From assembly GCA_913050325.1 (NCBI GenBank), contig CAJWZP010000005.1:45092-109091 (forward strand): a stretch of DNA of 64,000 bases, read 5' to 3'. Shown in pieces: positions 39,373 to 47,972 of this stretch (positions are counted from its first letter, which is position 1; each line of letters begins with the position of its first letter). This stretch comes from an uncultured bacterium. GTDB lineage: Bacteria; Desulfobacterota_D; UBA1144. Below the pieces are notes generated by a model, which made no database searches, was not told where the DNA came from, and saw only the letters and a list, made by a program, of their open reading frames with translations. A program made the position numbers and the translations under genes.

Positions 39373-40458
39373 ATGCCTGGCAATTCTTTTGGTCAATTTT
39401 TTAGAATAACTTCCTGGGGTGAGTCTCATGGTAAAGCCCTAGGAGTAGTTATTGATGGATGTCCTGCTGGCTTAAAGCTTCAAGAAGAAGATATACAAAT
39501 TGAATTGGATAGAAGAAAGCCTGGACAAAGCAGATATACAACAAAAAGAAATGAGCCTGATAAAGTTACTATTATGTCCGGCGTATTCAAGGGCCAAACC
39601 ACTGGAACACCAATCTCAATGATGATAGTTAATTCTGACGCAATATCAAAATCATATAGTGGTTTTAAAGATATTTATAGACCTGGACATGCTGATTATA
39701 GTTATGATAAAAAATATGGCTTCAGGGACTATAGAGGGGGTGGTAGATCTTCTAATCGTGAAACAGTTGCTAGAGTTGCGGCTGGAGCAATTGCTAAAAA
39801 AATATTAAATAAATATAAAATAAATACTTTTGGTTTTGTATCTCAAATAGGAGAAATAAAAGGTCAAAAGATTTCTAAGAGTTATATAGAAAAAAATCCA
39901 TTAAGAATTGCAGATAAAAGCAAATTTTCTGAAATGTCTAAATTAGTTGATTTAGTTCGACAAGAAGGTGATTCAATAGGAGGAATTATCGAAGTAAGAA
40001 CGAACGGAGTCCCAGCAGGCCTTGGTTCACCTGTATTTGAGAAAATCGACGCTAAGCTTGCTTCTGCTATCATGAGTATAGGTGGTGTCCGAGGATTTGA
40101 AATAGGTTCAGGATTTTCAATTGCAGAAAGAAAAGGGTCAGAGGTTAATGATGAGATGCAAACGAAAATTAAATCAAAAGTTGAATTTAAATCTAATAAT
40201 TCGGGTGGGATATTAGGAGGTATTACAAATGGGAATGAAATTATATTAAGATTTGCTTTAAAACCTACTTCATCAATTTCTAAAACTCAAAGTTCAATAA
40301 ATACCAAAGGACAAAATAAAAAGTTAAAAGTTACAGGGAGACATGACCCATGTCTTTGCCCTAGAGCAGTACCCATAGCTGAAGCAATGGTCAACTTGGT
40401 TATTTTAGATTGTCTTATGGAAAATCAACTAACAAATTTAAAAAAGATTTCTATTTAA
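39373..40458 (+). CDS. aroC: chorismate synthase
   Basis: FRITSWGESHG, RPGHADY, GGGRSSNRET, GRHDPC. Confidence 0.97.
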   Translation: MPGNSFGQFFRITSWGESHGKALGVVIDGCPAGLKLQEEDIQIELDRRKPGQSRYTTKRNEPDKVTIMSGVFKGQTTGTPISMMIVNSDAISKSYSGFKDIYRPGHADYSYDKKYGFRDYRGGGRSSNRETVARVAAGAIAKKILNKYKINTFGFVSQIGEIKGQKISKSYIEKNPLRIADKSKFSEMSKLVDLVRQEGDSIGGIIEVRTNGVPAGLGSPVFEKIDAKLASAIMSIGGVRGFEIGSGFSIAERKGSEVNDEMQTKIKSKVEFKSNNSGGILGGITNGNEIILRFALKPTSSISKTQSSINTKGQNKKLKVTGRHDPCLCPRAVPIAEAMVNLVILDCLMENQLTNLKKISI

Positions 40459-40954
40459 ATTCTTCAGAAATTTTTTCACACCACGCTACAACTCTTTCCT
40501 CTGTTAACTCAGGTTGATTATCGTTGTCAATTGCTAAACCTACAAATTGTCCTTCTTTTTCAGCTTTTGAAAAATCATATCCATAACCTTCTGTAGACCA
40601 ATGGCCAATTGTAGTTCCGCCTTTTTCTGAAATTTTTTCCTCTAAAATACCTAAAGCATCAAGAAAAGATGAACTGTATATACTTTGATCACCACAACCA
40701 AAATAAGCAATTTTTTTACCACTAAAATCAATACTATCTAAATCACCGAATTTACTTCTCCAATCTTCTTGTAAAAGACCTATGTCCCAAGTAGGGCAAC
40801 CTACAATGATTCTATCAAATTCTGACATCTTACCAAGATCTTCTTCATAAACATCAAAAATCTCAATTTCGCAATCAGGCATATTATCCTGAATTAAAGA
40901 TGCAACCTCTTGTGTTGCTGCACTTGTAGTTCCATAAAATAAGCCAATTTTCAT
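40451..40954 (-). CDS. fldA: long-chain flavodoxin
   Basis: IGLFYGTTSAATQEVA FMN-phosphate loop, CPTWDIG, 167 aa. AAGGAG RBS 6 nt upstream. Confidence 0.92.
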   Translation of the reverse strand: MKIGLFYGTTSAATQEVASLIQDNMPDCEIEIFDVYEEDLGKMSEFDRIIVGCPTWDIGLLQEDWRSKFGDLDSIDFSGKKIAYFGCGDQSIYSSSFLDALGILEEKISEKGGTTIGHWSTEGYGYDFSKAEKEGQFVGLAIDNDNQPELTEERVVAWCEKISEEFK

Positions 40955-41016
40955 TTTACACTCCTTTTAGGTAATCTGGACCCTATATATCTATAATTTT
41001 AAATAAGAAAAATTTT

Positions 41017-41033
41017 AATTCAATATTTGAATT
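41017..41033 (-). terminator. A/T-rich hairpin 7 nt downstream of the aminotransferase stop (weak intrinsic terminator or operator)
   Basis: AATTCAA-TAT-TTGAATT: 7-bp stem with a 3-nt loop. On the minus-strand transcript it is followed by AAAAUUUUUCUUAUUU. The stem has only one G:C pair. Confidence 0.25.
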
Positions 41034-41039
41034 TTAAAT

Positions 41040-42179
41040 TTACATAGTATCTAGAATTTTAGAGGCTGTTGAAACACCTGTACCAGCATCAAATGGATAG
41101 TTCATTTCGTTTAAAATACCCTCAACTCCAGCAATTACAGAAATCATATCACTTTTATCAACATAACCCATGTGTGTGATTCTAAATATCTTACCTTTAG
41201 CTTGGTCTTGGCCACCAGCAACAATCATTCCATATTTTTCTTTGAGACCTTTGATAATATCGCCAGCATCAATACCTTCAGGAGACTTTATCACAGATAA
41301 AGCTGTGCTTGTACAACCTTTTGCAAAATTTTCTAGACCAATTGATTCAAAACCCTGAGTGGTTGCCTTTGATAAAATTGTGTGCCTTCTAAATACATTT
41401 TCTAACCCTTGCTTGTCAAAATATTCTAAGACCGCATTTAAACCCATAACCATATTAACTGCTGGTGTCCAGGGAGATGTATTTTTAAGACTGTTTTTAT
41501 AAGCTTGATTCAAGTCTAAATAAAATTTAGGTAAATTTGAATTTTTAGTAAATTCCCATGCTTTTTTACTTAAACTAATAAAAGCAAGACCAGGAGGTAG
41601 CATGAAAGCTTTCTGAGATCCACCAATTAATATATCAATTCCCCATTTATCAAATTCTACAGGAAAAGCGCCAACAGCGGTTATCCCATCAACAACTAAA
41701 ATAATATCATCTCTATTATTTGTTAATTTTGCAATTTCTTTAATTGGGTGCTCAACGCCAGTAGAAGTTTCGCTCGCTTGAACTAAAATCGCTTTAATAT
41801 TTTTATTTTTTAATAATATTTCTTCAATTTCTTTAACTTCTACAGCTTTACCCCATTCAACTATATGTTCAATAAAATTAACACCATAGGCCTTACAAAT
41901 TTTTCCCCATCTTTCACCAAACTTTCCGCCATTTATAACTAAAGTAGTATCACCCCTATTTAATGTATTAGATATTGCGGCATCCATTGCACCAGTACCT
42001 GAAGTAGCAAGTATCATAACTTCTTCATTAGTCATAAATACCTTCTTCAACCCCTGTCCTGCTTTATGGAAAATCTCCTCAAATTCAGCTGTTCTATGAT
42101 GAATTATAGGCTTCGCCATTTCTAACATAACAAATTCTGGAACCGGTACTGGCCCAGGAGTTAAAACATAGTTTTTCAA
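41040..42179 (-). CDS. class-V pyridoxal-phosphate aminotransferase (serine/alanine--glyoxylate type)
   Basis: 379 aa. TPGPVPVP N-terminus, SGTGAMDAA, PLP-lysine motif GGSQKAFMLPPG. Confidence 0.85.
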   Translation of the reverse strand: MKNYVLTPGPVPVPEFVMLEMAKPIIHHRTAEFEEIFHKAGQGLKKVFMTNEEVMILATSGTGAMDAAISNTLNRGDTTLVINGGKFGERWGKICKAYGVNFIEHIVEWGKAVEVKEIEEILLKNKNIKAILVQASETSTGVEHPIKEIAKLTNNRDDIILVVDGITAVGAFPVEFDKWGIDILIGGSQKAFMLPPGLAFISLSKKAWEFTKNSNLPKFYLDLNQAYKNSLKNTSPWTPAVNMVMGLNAVLEYFDKQGLENVFRRHTILSKATTQGFESIGLENFAKGCTSTALSVIKSPEGIDAGDIIKGLKEKYGMIVAGGQDQAKGKIFRITHMGYVDKSDMISVIAGVEGILNEMNYPFDAGTGVSTASKILDTM

Positions 42180-42200
42180 TTAAATCCCCCGAAACTATTT

Positions 42201-42229
42201 AATAATGTTAAATTTAATATAACATTATT
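42201..42229. promoter_or_regulatory. perfect 10-bp inverted repeat (AATAATGTTA-N9-TAACATTATT) in a divergent promoter region
   Basis: Read directly from the sequence. The centre (42215) is 36 nt from the aminotransferase ATG (42179) and 36 nt from the prfB ATG (42251). Confidence 0.3.
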
Positions 42230-42250
42230 TTTCAAGTAGTCAGGTGTTAA

Positions 42251-43346
42251 ATGATTGAATTAAAGCAACTATTGCAAGAAAATGAAAAAAAATTAAAAAA
42301 AATAAGAGAGTTCCTTTGACCCGGATAAAATTAATACAGAAATAGCCTCTCTAGAGCTTTTAACTGAGGATAAAGATTTCTGGAATAATCCAAAAATTGC
42401 ACAATCTACTTTACAAGATCTTTCTTTATTAAAGAAAAAATTAGAAACATTAAGTATTCTCGACTCTGAAACAAATGATAGTATGGAGTTACTGAACATA
42501 TATGAAGAATCACAAGAGGATAATAAATTTTACAAAGAATTAGAAAGTAATATTTCAGATTTGATTGCCAAAACGCTTAAATTTGAAATAAAGACAATTT
42601 TATCAAACAAAGAAGATTCCAAAAATGCAATTTTATCTATAAACTCTGGCGCTGGGGGTACAGAAGCACAAGACTGGGCAAATATGTTATGCAGAATGTA
42701 TTTCAGATACTCTGAAATTAATAATTTTAAAGTTGAGTTCCTTGATAAACTTGAAGGGGATGAAGCAGGAATCAAAAATTGCACTATACTTATAAAAGGA
42801 GATTATTCTTATGGTTTTCTAAAAAATGAATCTGGAGTTCATAGATTAGTGAGAATATCACCTTTTGATTCAAACAAGAGAAGACATACTTCTTTTGCAT
42901 CAGTTTCAGTAACTCCTGAAGTTGATGAAAATATTGATATTGAAATAAATTCTAAAGATTTAAAAATTGATACTTTTCGAGCAGGAGGTGCCGGTGGGCA
43001 ACATTTAAATAAGACTGATTCGGCTGTAAGAATAACTCATATTCCTTCTGGATTAGTTGTGTCATGTCAAAATCAAAGATCTCAACATCAAAATAAATCT
43101 TATGCAATGAAAATATTAAGTTCGAAATTGTATGAAATTGAGGTAGAAAAGAAAAAAAATATGGATAATCAAATAAATTCTAGTAAAAAAGAAATATCCT
43201 GGGGTAGTCAAATAAGATCATATATTCTTCATCCTTATAGAATGGTAAAAGATCATAGGACAAATGATGAAATTGGTAATGTCGATTCTTTTTTAGATGG
43301 AGATTTAAATAATTTAATTGAAAGTTTATTATCTAAAATTAAATAA
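42251..43346 (+). CDS. prfB: peptide chain release factor 2, requires programmed +1 frameshift: join(42251..42316,42318..43346)
   Basis: Frame 0 reads MIELKQLLQENEKKLKKIREFL then TGA. Shifting +1 at CTT TGA C continues DPDKINTEIASLELLTEDKDFWNNP... into the track ORF 42483..43346. SPF (RISPFDS) and GGQ (GAGGQHLNKTDSAVRITH) motifs are present. Confidence 0.93.
42314..42320 (+). other. RF2 autoregulatory +1 frameshift site CTT TGA C
   Basis: Exact canonical CUU UGA C heptamer. A purine-rich AGAGAG lies 3 nt upstream, at the position of the E. coli AGGGGG SD-like stimulator. Confidence 0.85.
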
Positions 43347-43358
43347 TATAATATATAT

Positions 43359-44213
43359 ATGATTGTAGGAGTTGTTTGTAAGCCCGAATTAAAGAATTTA
43401 AATAAAATACATAAATTAATTACTGAGTACTTTAAAGATAAAAATTGTAAAATAATATATGACAAAAATTTTAAAATAAAAAAAAATAAATTTACATCAC
43501 AGATTAATTTAATTAAATCTTCAAATATTGTTTTAGCTTTTGGTGGAGATGGGACCTTACTTCATATAGCAAAAGATGCTGCTAAATTTCAAAAACCTGT
43601 CATTGGCTTTAATGTAGGAAATCTTGGTTTTTTAACAGAAGCACCTTTGTCCAAATTTAAAACTGTTATGAATAAATATTTTAAAGATGATCTAAGGTCA
43701 GATAAACGAAATTTATTAGTTGCCAATTTAGAGTCAAAAGAAAAAAAAGTAAAAAATAAAAGTTTCTTAAATGATTTGGTTATTAACAAGGGAGCTTTAT
43801 CTAAAATTATAGATTTAAATGTTTTTGTTGACGGAAAGCCAGTATCACAAATTAGAGCGGATGGTTTAATTCTTTCTACACCTACGGGATCAACAGCTTA
43901 TTCATTATCCGCTGGTGGTCCGATAGTTGTTCCTAGCTTACCTTTGATGATTATAACCCCTATCTGCCCTCATACTTTATCAAATAGACCCTTAGTAATA
44001 TCTGAAAAATGTGAAGTTTCGATAAGTGTAAATTCTGATAATCATGTATTTGCATCTTTTGATGGAGCAAATAATGAGAAGTTAAATGGTAAAACAACAA
44101 TAAGTGTCAAAAAGTCATCACTAACCTTAAATTTACTTAGAATGAAAAATACAGAATATTTTTCTGTTTTAAAGGATAAATTGATGTGGAGTAATCTATA
44201 TGAGCATAAATAG
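43359..44213 (+). CDS. nadK: NAD+ kinase
   Basis: GGDGTLL, NVGNLGFLT, STPTGSTAYSLSAGGPIV. Confidence 0.94.
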   Translation: MIVGVVCKPELKNLNKIHKLITEYFKDKNCKIIYDKNFKIKKNKFTSQINLIKSSNIVLAFGGDGTLLHIAKDAAKFQKPVIGFNVGNLGFLTEAPLSKFKTVMNKYFKDDLRSDKRNLLVANLESKEKKVKNKSFLNDLVINKGALSKIIDLNVFVDGKPVSQIRADGLILSTPTGSTAYSLSAGGPIVVPSLPLMIITPICPHTLSNRPLVISEKCEVSISVNSDNHVFASFDGANNEKLNGKTTISVKKSSLTLNLLRMKNTEYFSVLKDKLMWSNLYEHK

Positions 44214-44568
44214 AGAGGAGTTTCTTCATGACTGGATTGTTGAAGAAGTTAAAAAAAAATATACAAAAGAATTTAATGAAATAAAAATAAATACGATTCA
44301 TAAAAATGAAAATGATTTTAAAGGATTATACCCGGATATAATTTTTGGTAATTACGGTCAAGTAGTTATGATTGGTGAAGTTGAGACTGAGTCAAATATA
44401 AGTGAGAAGATAATCCCTAAATGGAAAGAACTACAGGGATTAAATACTAATTGTTTAATTTTTGTTCCAAAATCTAAATTGAAATTAACAAGAAATTTAT
44501 GTTTTGAAAATCAATTAATAGATAGAATAAAGATTTTATCATTTTCTGTTGAAATCCCTCTTAGTTAA
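44200..44568 (+). CDS. hypothetical protein, possible PD-(D/E)xK-like nuclease fold (weak)
   Basis: 122 aa. Start overlaps the nadK 3' end by 14 nt. ...LYPDIIFGNYGQVVMIGEVETES... resembles a PD...(D/E)x(K) core, but the Lys position is Glu/Thr. Confidence 0.5.
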   Translation: MSINREEFLHDWIVEEVKKKYTKEFNEIKINTIHKNENDFKGLYPDIIFGNYGQVVMIGEVETESNISEKIIPKWKELQGLNTNCLIFVPKSKLKLTRNLCFENQLIDRIKILSFSVEIPLS

Positions 44569-45505
44569 ATATGTTATTTTTTTTAATTTTATTTTCTAAT
44601 CCATTAAGAAAACTTCTTCCATCTAAAACCTTTTTTCCAGTTTGTTGAATTTTTAAAACTTTTATACTTCCCTTTCCGCAACATATATAAAAATCTTTAT
44701 CAAATTTTTTAATTTCACCTTTTAATCCTGATATATTATTATCAGTAACAGCTTCCCAAATAGTAATTTCAGTCTTCATAAATTGACATTTTGCTCCAGG
44801 CCAAGGATTTGTACCTCTAATTAAATTTACAATTTCTGTATTAGTTTTTTCCCAAGAAATCCTTGAAATTTCTTTATTAATTTTAGGAGCAATAGTGCTC
44901 TGATCATGATTTTGTTTCAAATGTTTATAAGATTTCTCAGTGACAAAATTTTTAATAAATTCTTCAATGCAATCTGCACCTAACTCTGCTAACTTTAGAG
45001 TTAGAGATGTAACATTATCTACCTTATCTATTAAAATTTCTTTTGTTAAAATAATATCACCTGTGTCCATGCCTTCATCCATTTCCATTATAGTCACACC
45101 CGTTTTTTTATCCCCATTTATTAAAGCCCAATTAATAGGAGCAGCTCCACGGTATTTTGGCAAAATAGATGAATGAACATTTATAGAACTATATTTAGGA
45201 ATTTCAAGAATTTCCGATCTTAAAATTTTTCCATAAGCTGCAACAATTATTAAATCAGGTTTAATGTTTTTTAAATTATTAATAAATTCTGCATTATCCT
45301 TAATCTTTATAGGTTGAGATATATTTAAATTTTTGTGAATTGCAAATTCTTTAACCTCATTGTATTTTATTGTTTTCTCTCTCCCTGATGGTTTATCAGG
45401 TTGGCAAACAACTAAATCTATATTTACATATTTTAATAATCTTTCTAATATAATTTTTGCAAATAATGGTGTGCCCATAAAAATACAATTCATTTTATTT
45501 CCCAT
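44561..45505 (-). CDS. fmt: methionyl-tRNA formyltransferase
   Basis: IFMGTPLFA, HSSILPKYRGAAPINWALING, C-terminal beta-barrel domain. No def gene is adjacent. Confidence 0.94.
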   Translation of the reverse strand: MGNKMNCIFMGTPLFAKIILERLLKYVNIDLVVCQPDKPSGREKTIKYNEVKEFAIHKNLNISQPIKIKDNAEFINNLKNIKPDLIIVAAYGKILRSEILEIPKYSSINVHSSILPKYRGAAPINWALINGDKKTGVTIMEMDEGMDTGDIILTKEILIDKVDNVTSLTLKLAELGADCIEEFIKNFVTEKSYKHLKQNHDQSTIAPKINKEISRISWEKTNTEIVNLIRGTNPWPGAKCQFMKTEITIWEAVTDNNISGLKGEIKKFDKDFYICCGKGSIKVLKIQQTGKKVLDGRSFLNGLENKIKKNNIFN

Positions 45506-45584
45506 ATTAATAATATTATCTTATAATTCCAACATAGAAATTTTCTTAACTGGATAACATATTTTTTTTATTTATATTTAATAT

Positions 45585-46949
45585 ATGAGATTAATTAAAC
45601 TTTATTTACTAGTATTTATTTTTTGCCTTTTTTCCTTAGATTCTAATGCATTTAATCTTGAAACGCTCCCCGAACTTGTTGATAAAATAAATCCTTCTGT
45701 TGTCAGAATAGAAACATCTAGTTCTCAAGATAATTCTATTGGAATGACAGGAGATCCATTTTTGGATGAATTTTTTAAAAAACAATTTGGTGATAATTTT
45801 AAACCTCAGCCTAGAAAAGGTCTTGGTTCGGGATTTATATATAAAGATAGTGGTCTTATCATTACAAATTATCATGTTATTGAGAGTGCTGATGAAATTG
45901 AAATTGTAATGTTTGATGAAAAAAAATACAAAGCTGAGGTTGTTGGTTCTGATAAAAGAACAGATGTAGCATTACTAAAAATAGATACAAAAAGAGAATT
46001 AAAACCTTTAATTATTGGAAACTCAAATAACCTAAAAATTGGTCAATGGGTTGTTGCAATTGGGAATCCACTAGGTCTTGGCACAACAGTAACAACAGGG
46101 ATTATAAGTGCTCAAGGTAGATATGTTGATGGGCTAGGCACATATGTAGATTTTATTCAAACTGATGCGGCGTTAAACAAAGGAAATAGTGGTGGGCCTT
46201 TAGTTGATTTGAATGCGAATGTAATAGGAGTAAATACCGCAATTGCAGCTCATGGCCAGGGTATTGGTTTTGCAATTCCAATAAATACAGTAATCGAAAT
46301 TGTTGAACAAATTAGAACAAAAGGGAAAGTTGAAAGAGGTTGGCTTGGTGTCGTTATTCAATCTATATCACCTGAGATTGCAGAGTCCTTGAAATTGAAA
46401 AATACTAACGGAGCTTTAGTATCTGAAGTTTTGGAGGATGGACCCGCTTTTTCTGCTGGAATCAAACAGGGTGATGTTATTGTATCTGTTAATGGTAATG
46501 AAATTAAGGAAATGGATGAGTTGCCAAGAATTATTGGCAAGATGAAGCCAAATAGTAAAGCGGTCTTATCTATAATTAGAGATGGTAAAAATTTTAAGAT
46601 TTCAGTCATTTTAGGAGACATTCCATCCCAAACTATAAAAAAATCTAAAAAATTAAATGATCAGAATTTATCAAAGGATAAGTTTGGATTTGAAGTTCAA
46701 TTAGCTGATAATAGTAATAAAGAAAATTCGCGTATTATAGTTAAAAAAGTTTATCCTAACACTCCTGCATCATCAAAAATTTCTGCTGGTGATTTTATTC
46801 TTGAAATAAATAAAAAAAAGATAAATAGCCTAAAAGACTTTAATAAAATAATGTCAAAAATAAAAAAAGGTCAATTATCTTTATTTTTAATTCAAAGAAA
46901 GACAGGTGATCAATCTTCTTCGTTTTACAGGTCAATCAGAGCAAGATAA
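45585..46949 (+). CDS. htrA: periplasmic serine endoprotease DegP/HtrA family (two PDZ domains)
   Basis: Signal peptide; catalytic His (ITNYHV), Asp (TDVALLKI), Ser (GNSGGPL); two PDZ-like segments. Confidence 0.93.
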   Translation: MRLIKLYLLVFIFCLFSLDSNAFNLETLPELVDKINPSVVRIETSSSQDNSIGMTGDPFLDEFFKKQFGDNFKPQPRKGLGSGFIYKDSGLIITNYHVIESADEIEIVMFDEKKYKAEVVGSDKRTDVALLKIDTKRELKPLIIGNSNNLKIGQWVVAIGNPLGLGTTVTTGIISAQGRYVDGLGTYVDFIQTDAALNKGNSGGPLVDLNANVIGVNTAIAAHGQGIGFAIPINTVIEIVEQIRTKGKVERGWLGVVIQSISPEIAESLKLKNTNGALVSEVLEDGPAFSAGIKQGDVIVSVNGNEIKEMDELPRIIGKMKPNSKAVLSIIRDGKNFKISVILGDIPSQTIKKSKKLNDQNLSKDKFGFEVQLADNSNKENSRIIVKKVYPNTPASSKISAGDFILEINKKKINSLKDFNKIMSKIKKGQLSLFLIQRKTGDQSSSFYRSIRAR

Positions 46950-46950
46950 T

Positions 46951-47712
46951 TTATTTTTGGAAAGCCATTCCTTTAAATGTTGTTGATGGAATAGCTTTAG
47001 AGGAAATGGATATTGGACCTGCTTTTAAAGATTTTTCAGCAGCTCTTACTGCATCATATACAGATTGTGCAAAATTCTCAGGTTTTTTTGCTAAAGCTAC
47101 CGCAGAATTCAATAAGATTCCATCATAACCCAACTCTATAACCTGACATGCGTGAGATACTCTACCTATCCCAGCATCCAATATTAATGTTATATCTTTA
47201 AATGAATCTCTAATTTTTTTTAATTTCTTAATATTAACTAAACCCTGCCCTGTTCCTATAGGCGATCCCCATGGCATAATCACTTTACATCCAACTTTAA
47301 TTAATTCTCTGCAAAAAGAAATGTCATCATTTGTATATGGTAGAACTTTAAAGCCAAGCTTTAAAAGTTTTTCTGATGCTTTTATTGTTCCTTTAGCGGA
47401 AGGAGCTAAATTTTTTTTATTTGCTATAACTTCAAGTTTTATGAAGTTTGTTTCAAATATATCTCTACACATCAAAGCCGTATTAATTGCGTCTTTTTCA
47501 TTAAAACAACCAGCAGTGTTTGGTAAAATTTTACAACCTGTTTTTTCTAGAGTTTTATAAAATTTTCTGGGGTTATCTCCAATTTTCCTAAGTGCAACTG
47601 TTATCATGTCAGCTCTAATATTTTTTACACATTTTAAAAAAATAGATGGAGAAGGATATTTTGAAGAACCTAAAATTATATTATTTTTCAATTTTAAATC
47701 ATATATCTTCAA
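46951..47712 (-). CDS. thiG: thiazole synthase
   Basis: FIKLEVI, VMPWGSPIGTGQG, 253 aa, directly downstream of thiS. Confidence 0.94.
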   Translation of the reverse strand: MKIYDLKLKNNIILGSSKYPSPSIFLKCVKNIRADMITVALRKIGDNPRKFYKTLEKTGCKILPNTAGCFNEKDAINTALMCRDIFETNFIKLEVIANKKNLAPSAKGTIKASEKLLKLGFKVLPYTNDDISFCRELIKVGCKVIMPWGSPIGTGQGLVNIKKLKKIRDSFKDITLILDAGIGRVSHACQVIELGYDGILLNSAVALAKKPENFAQSVYDAVRAAEKSLKAGPISISSKAIPSTTFKGMAFQK

Positions 47713-47714
47713 TA

Positions 47715-47915
47715 TTATCCTCCAGGGTGTGGCGTAACGACTTCAACTATATCCCCGTCTTCTAATAAATGTTTATTATAATCTTTCTTTGAAATGAATT
47801 CACCATTTAATGCAACAGCAACATACTTTTTATCAACTTTCATAGATTTAACAACATCTTGTATATTAATATTAAATTTGTATATTTTTTTTTTACCATT
47901 TAGAAGAATTCTCAC
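47715..47915 (-). CDS. thiS: sulfur-carrier protein ThiS
   Basis: 66 aa ubiquitin-like protein ending in -GG; ...VAVALNGEFISK...; 2 nt upstream of thiG. Confidence 0.88.
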   Translation of the reverse strand: MRILLNGKKKIYKFNINIQDVVKSMKVDKKYVAVALNGEFISKKDYNKHLLEDGDIVEVVTPHPGG

Positions 47916-47972
47916 AATCTAATTATAAATGAAAGAAGAAAAAAAACATTATTATGTGCTATTATTCAATCA

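Noticed and set aside
42293-42499. 68-aa minus-strand ORF spanning the prfB 5' region
   Set aside because: It is antisense to the RF2 N-terminal coding region, which is explained by the +1 frameshift. No RBS and no motif.
45506-45584. ATAATATTAT palindrome and other short A/T palindromes in the fmt/htrA spacer, and sigma32/sigmaE promoter motifs upstream of htrA
   Set aside because: Short A/T-only palindromes are expected by chance at this composition. No CTTGAAA...CCCCAT or GGAACTT...TCAAA match was found.
47916-47972. Expected TPP (THI-box) riboswitch upstream of thiS-thiG (and at 58575..58602 upstream of thiD)
   Set aside because: The spacers are only 57 and 28 nt and lack the CTGAGA / ACCTGATCTGGATAATGCCAGCG-type core. 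No riboswitch fits.
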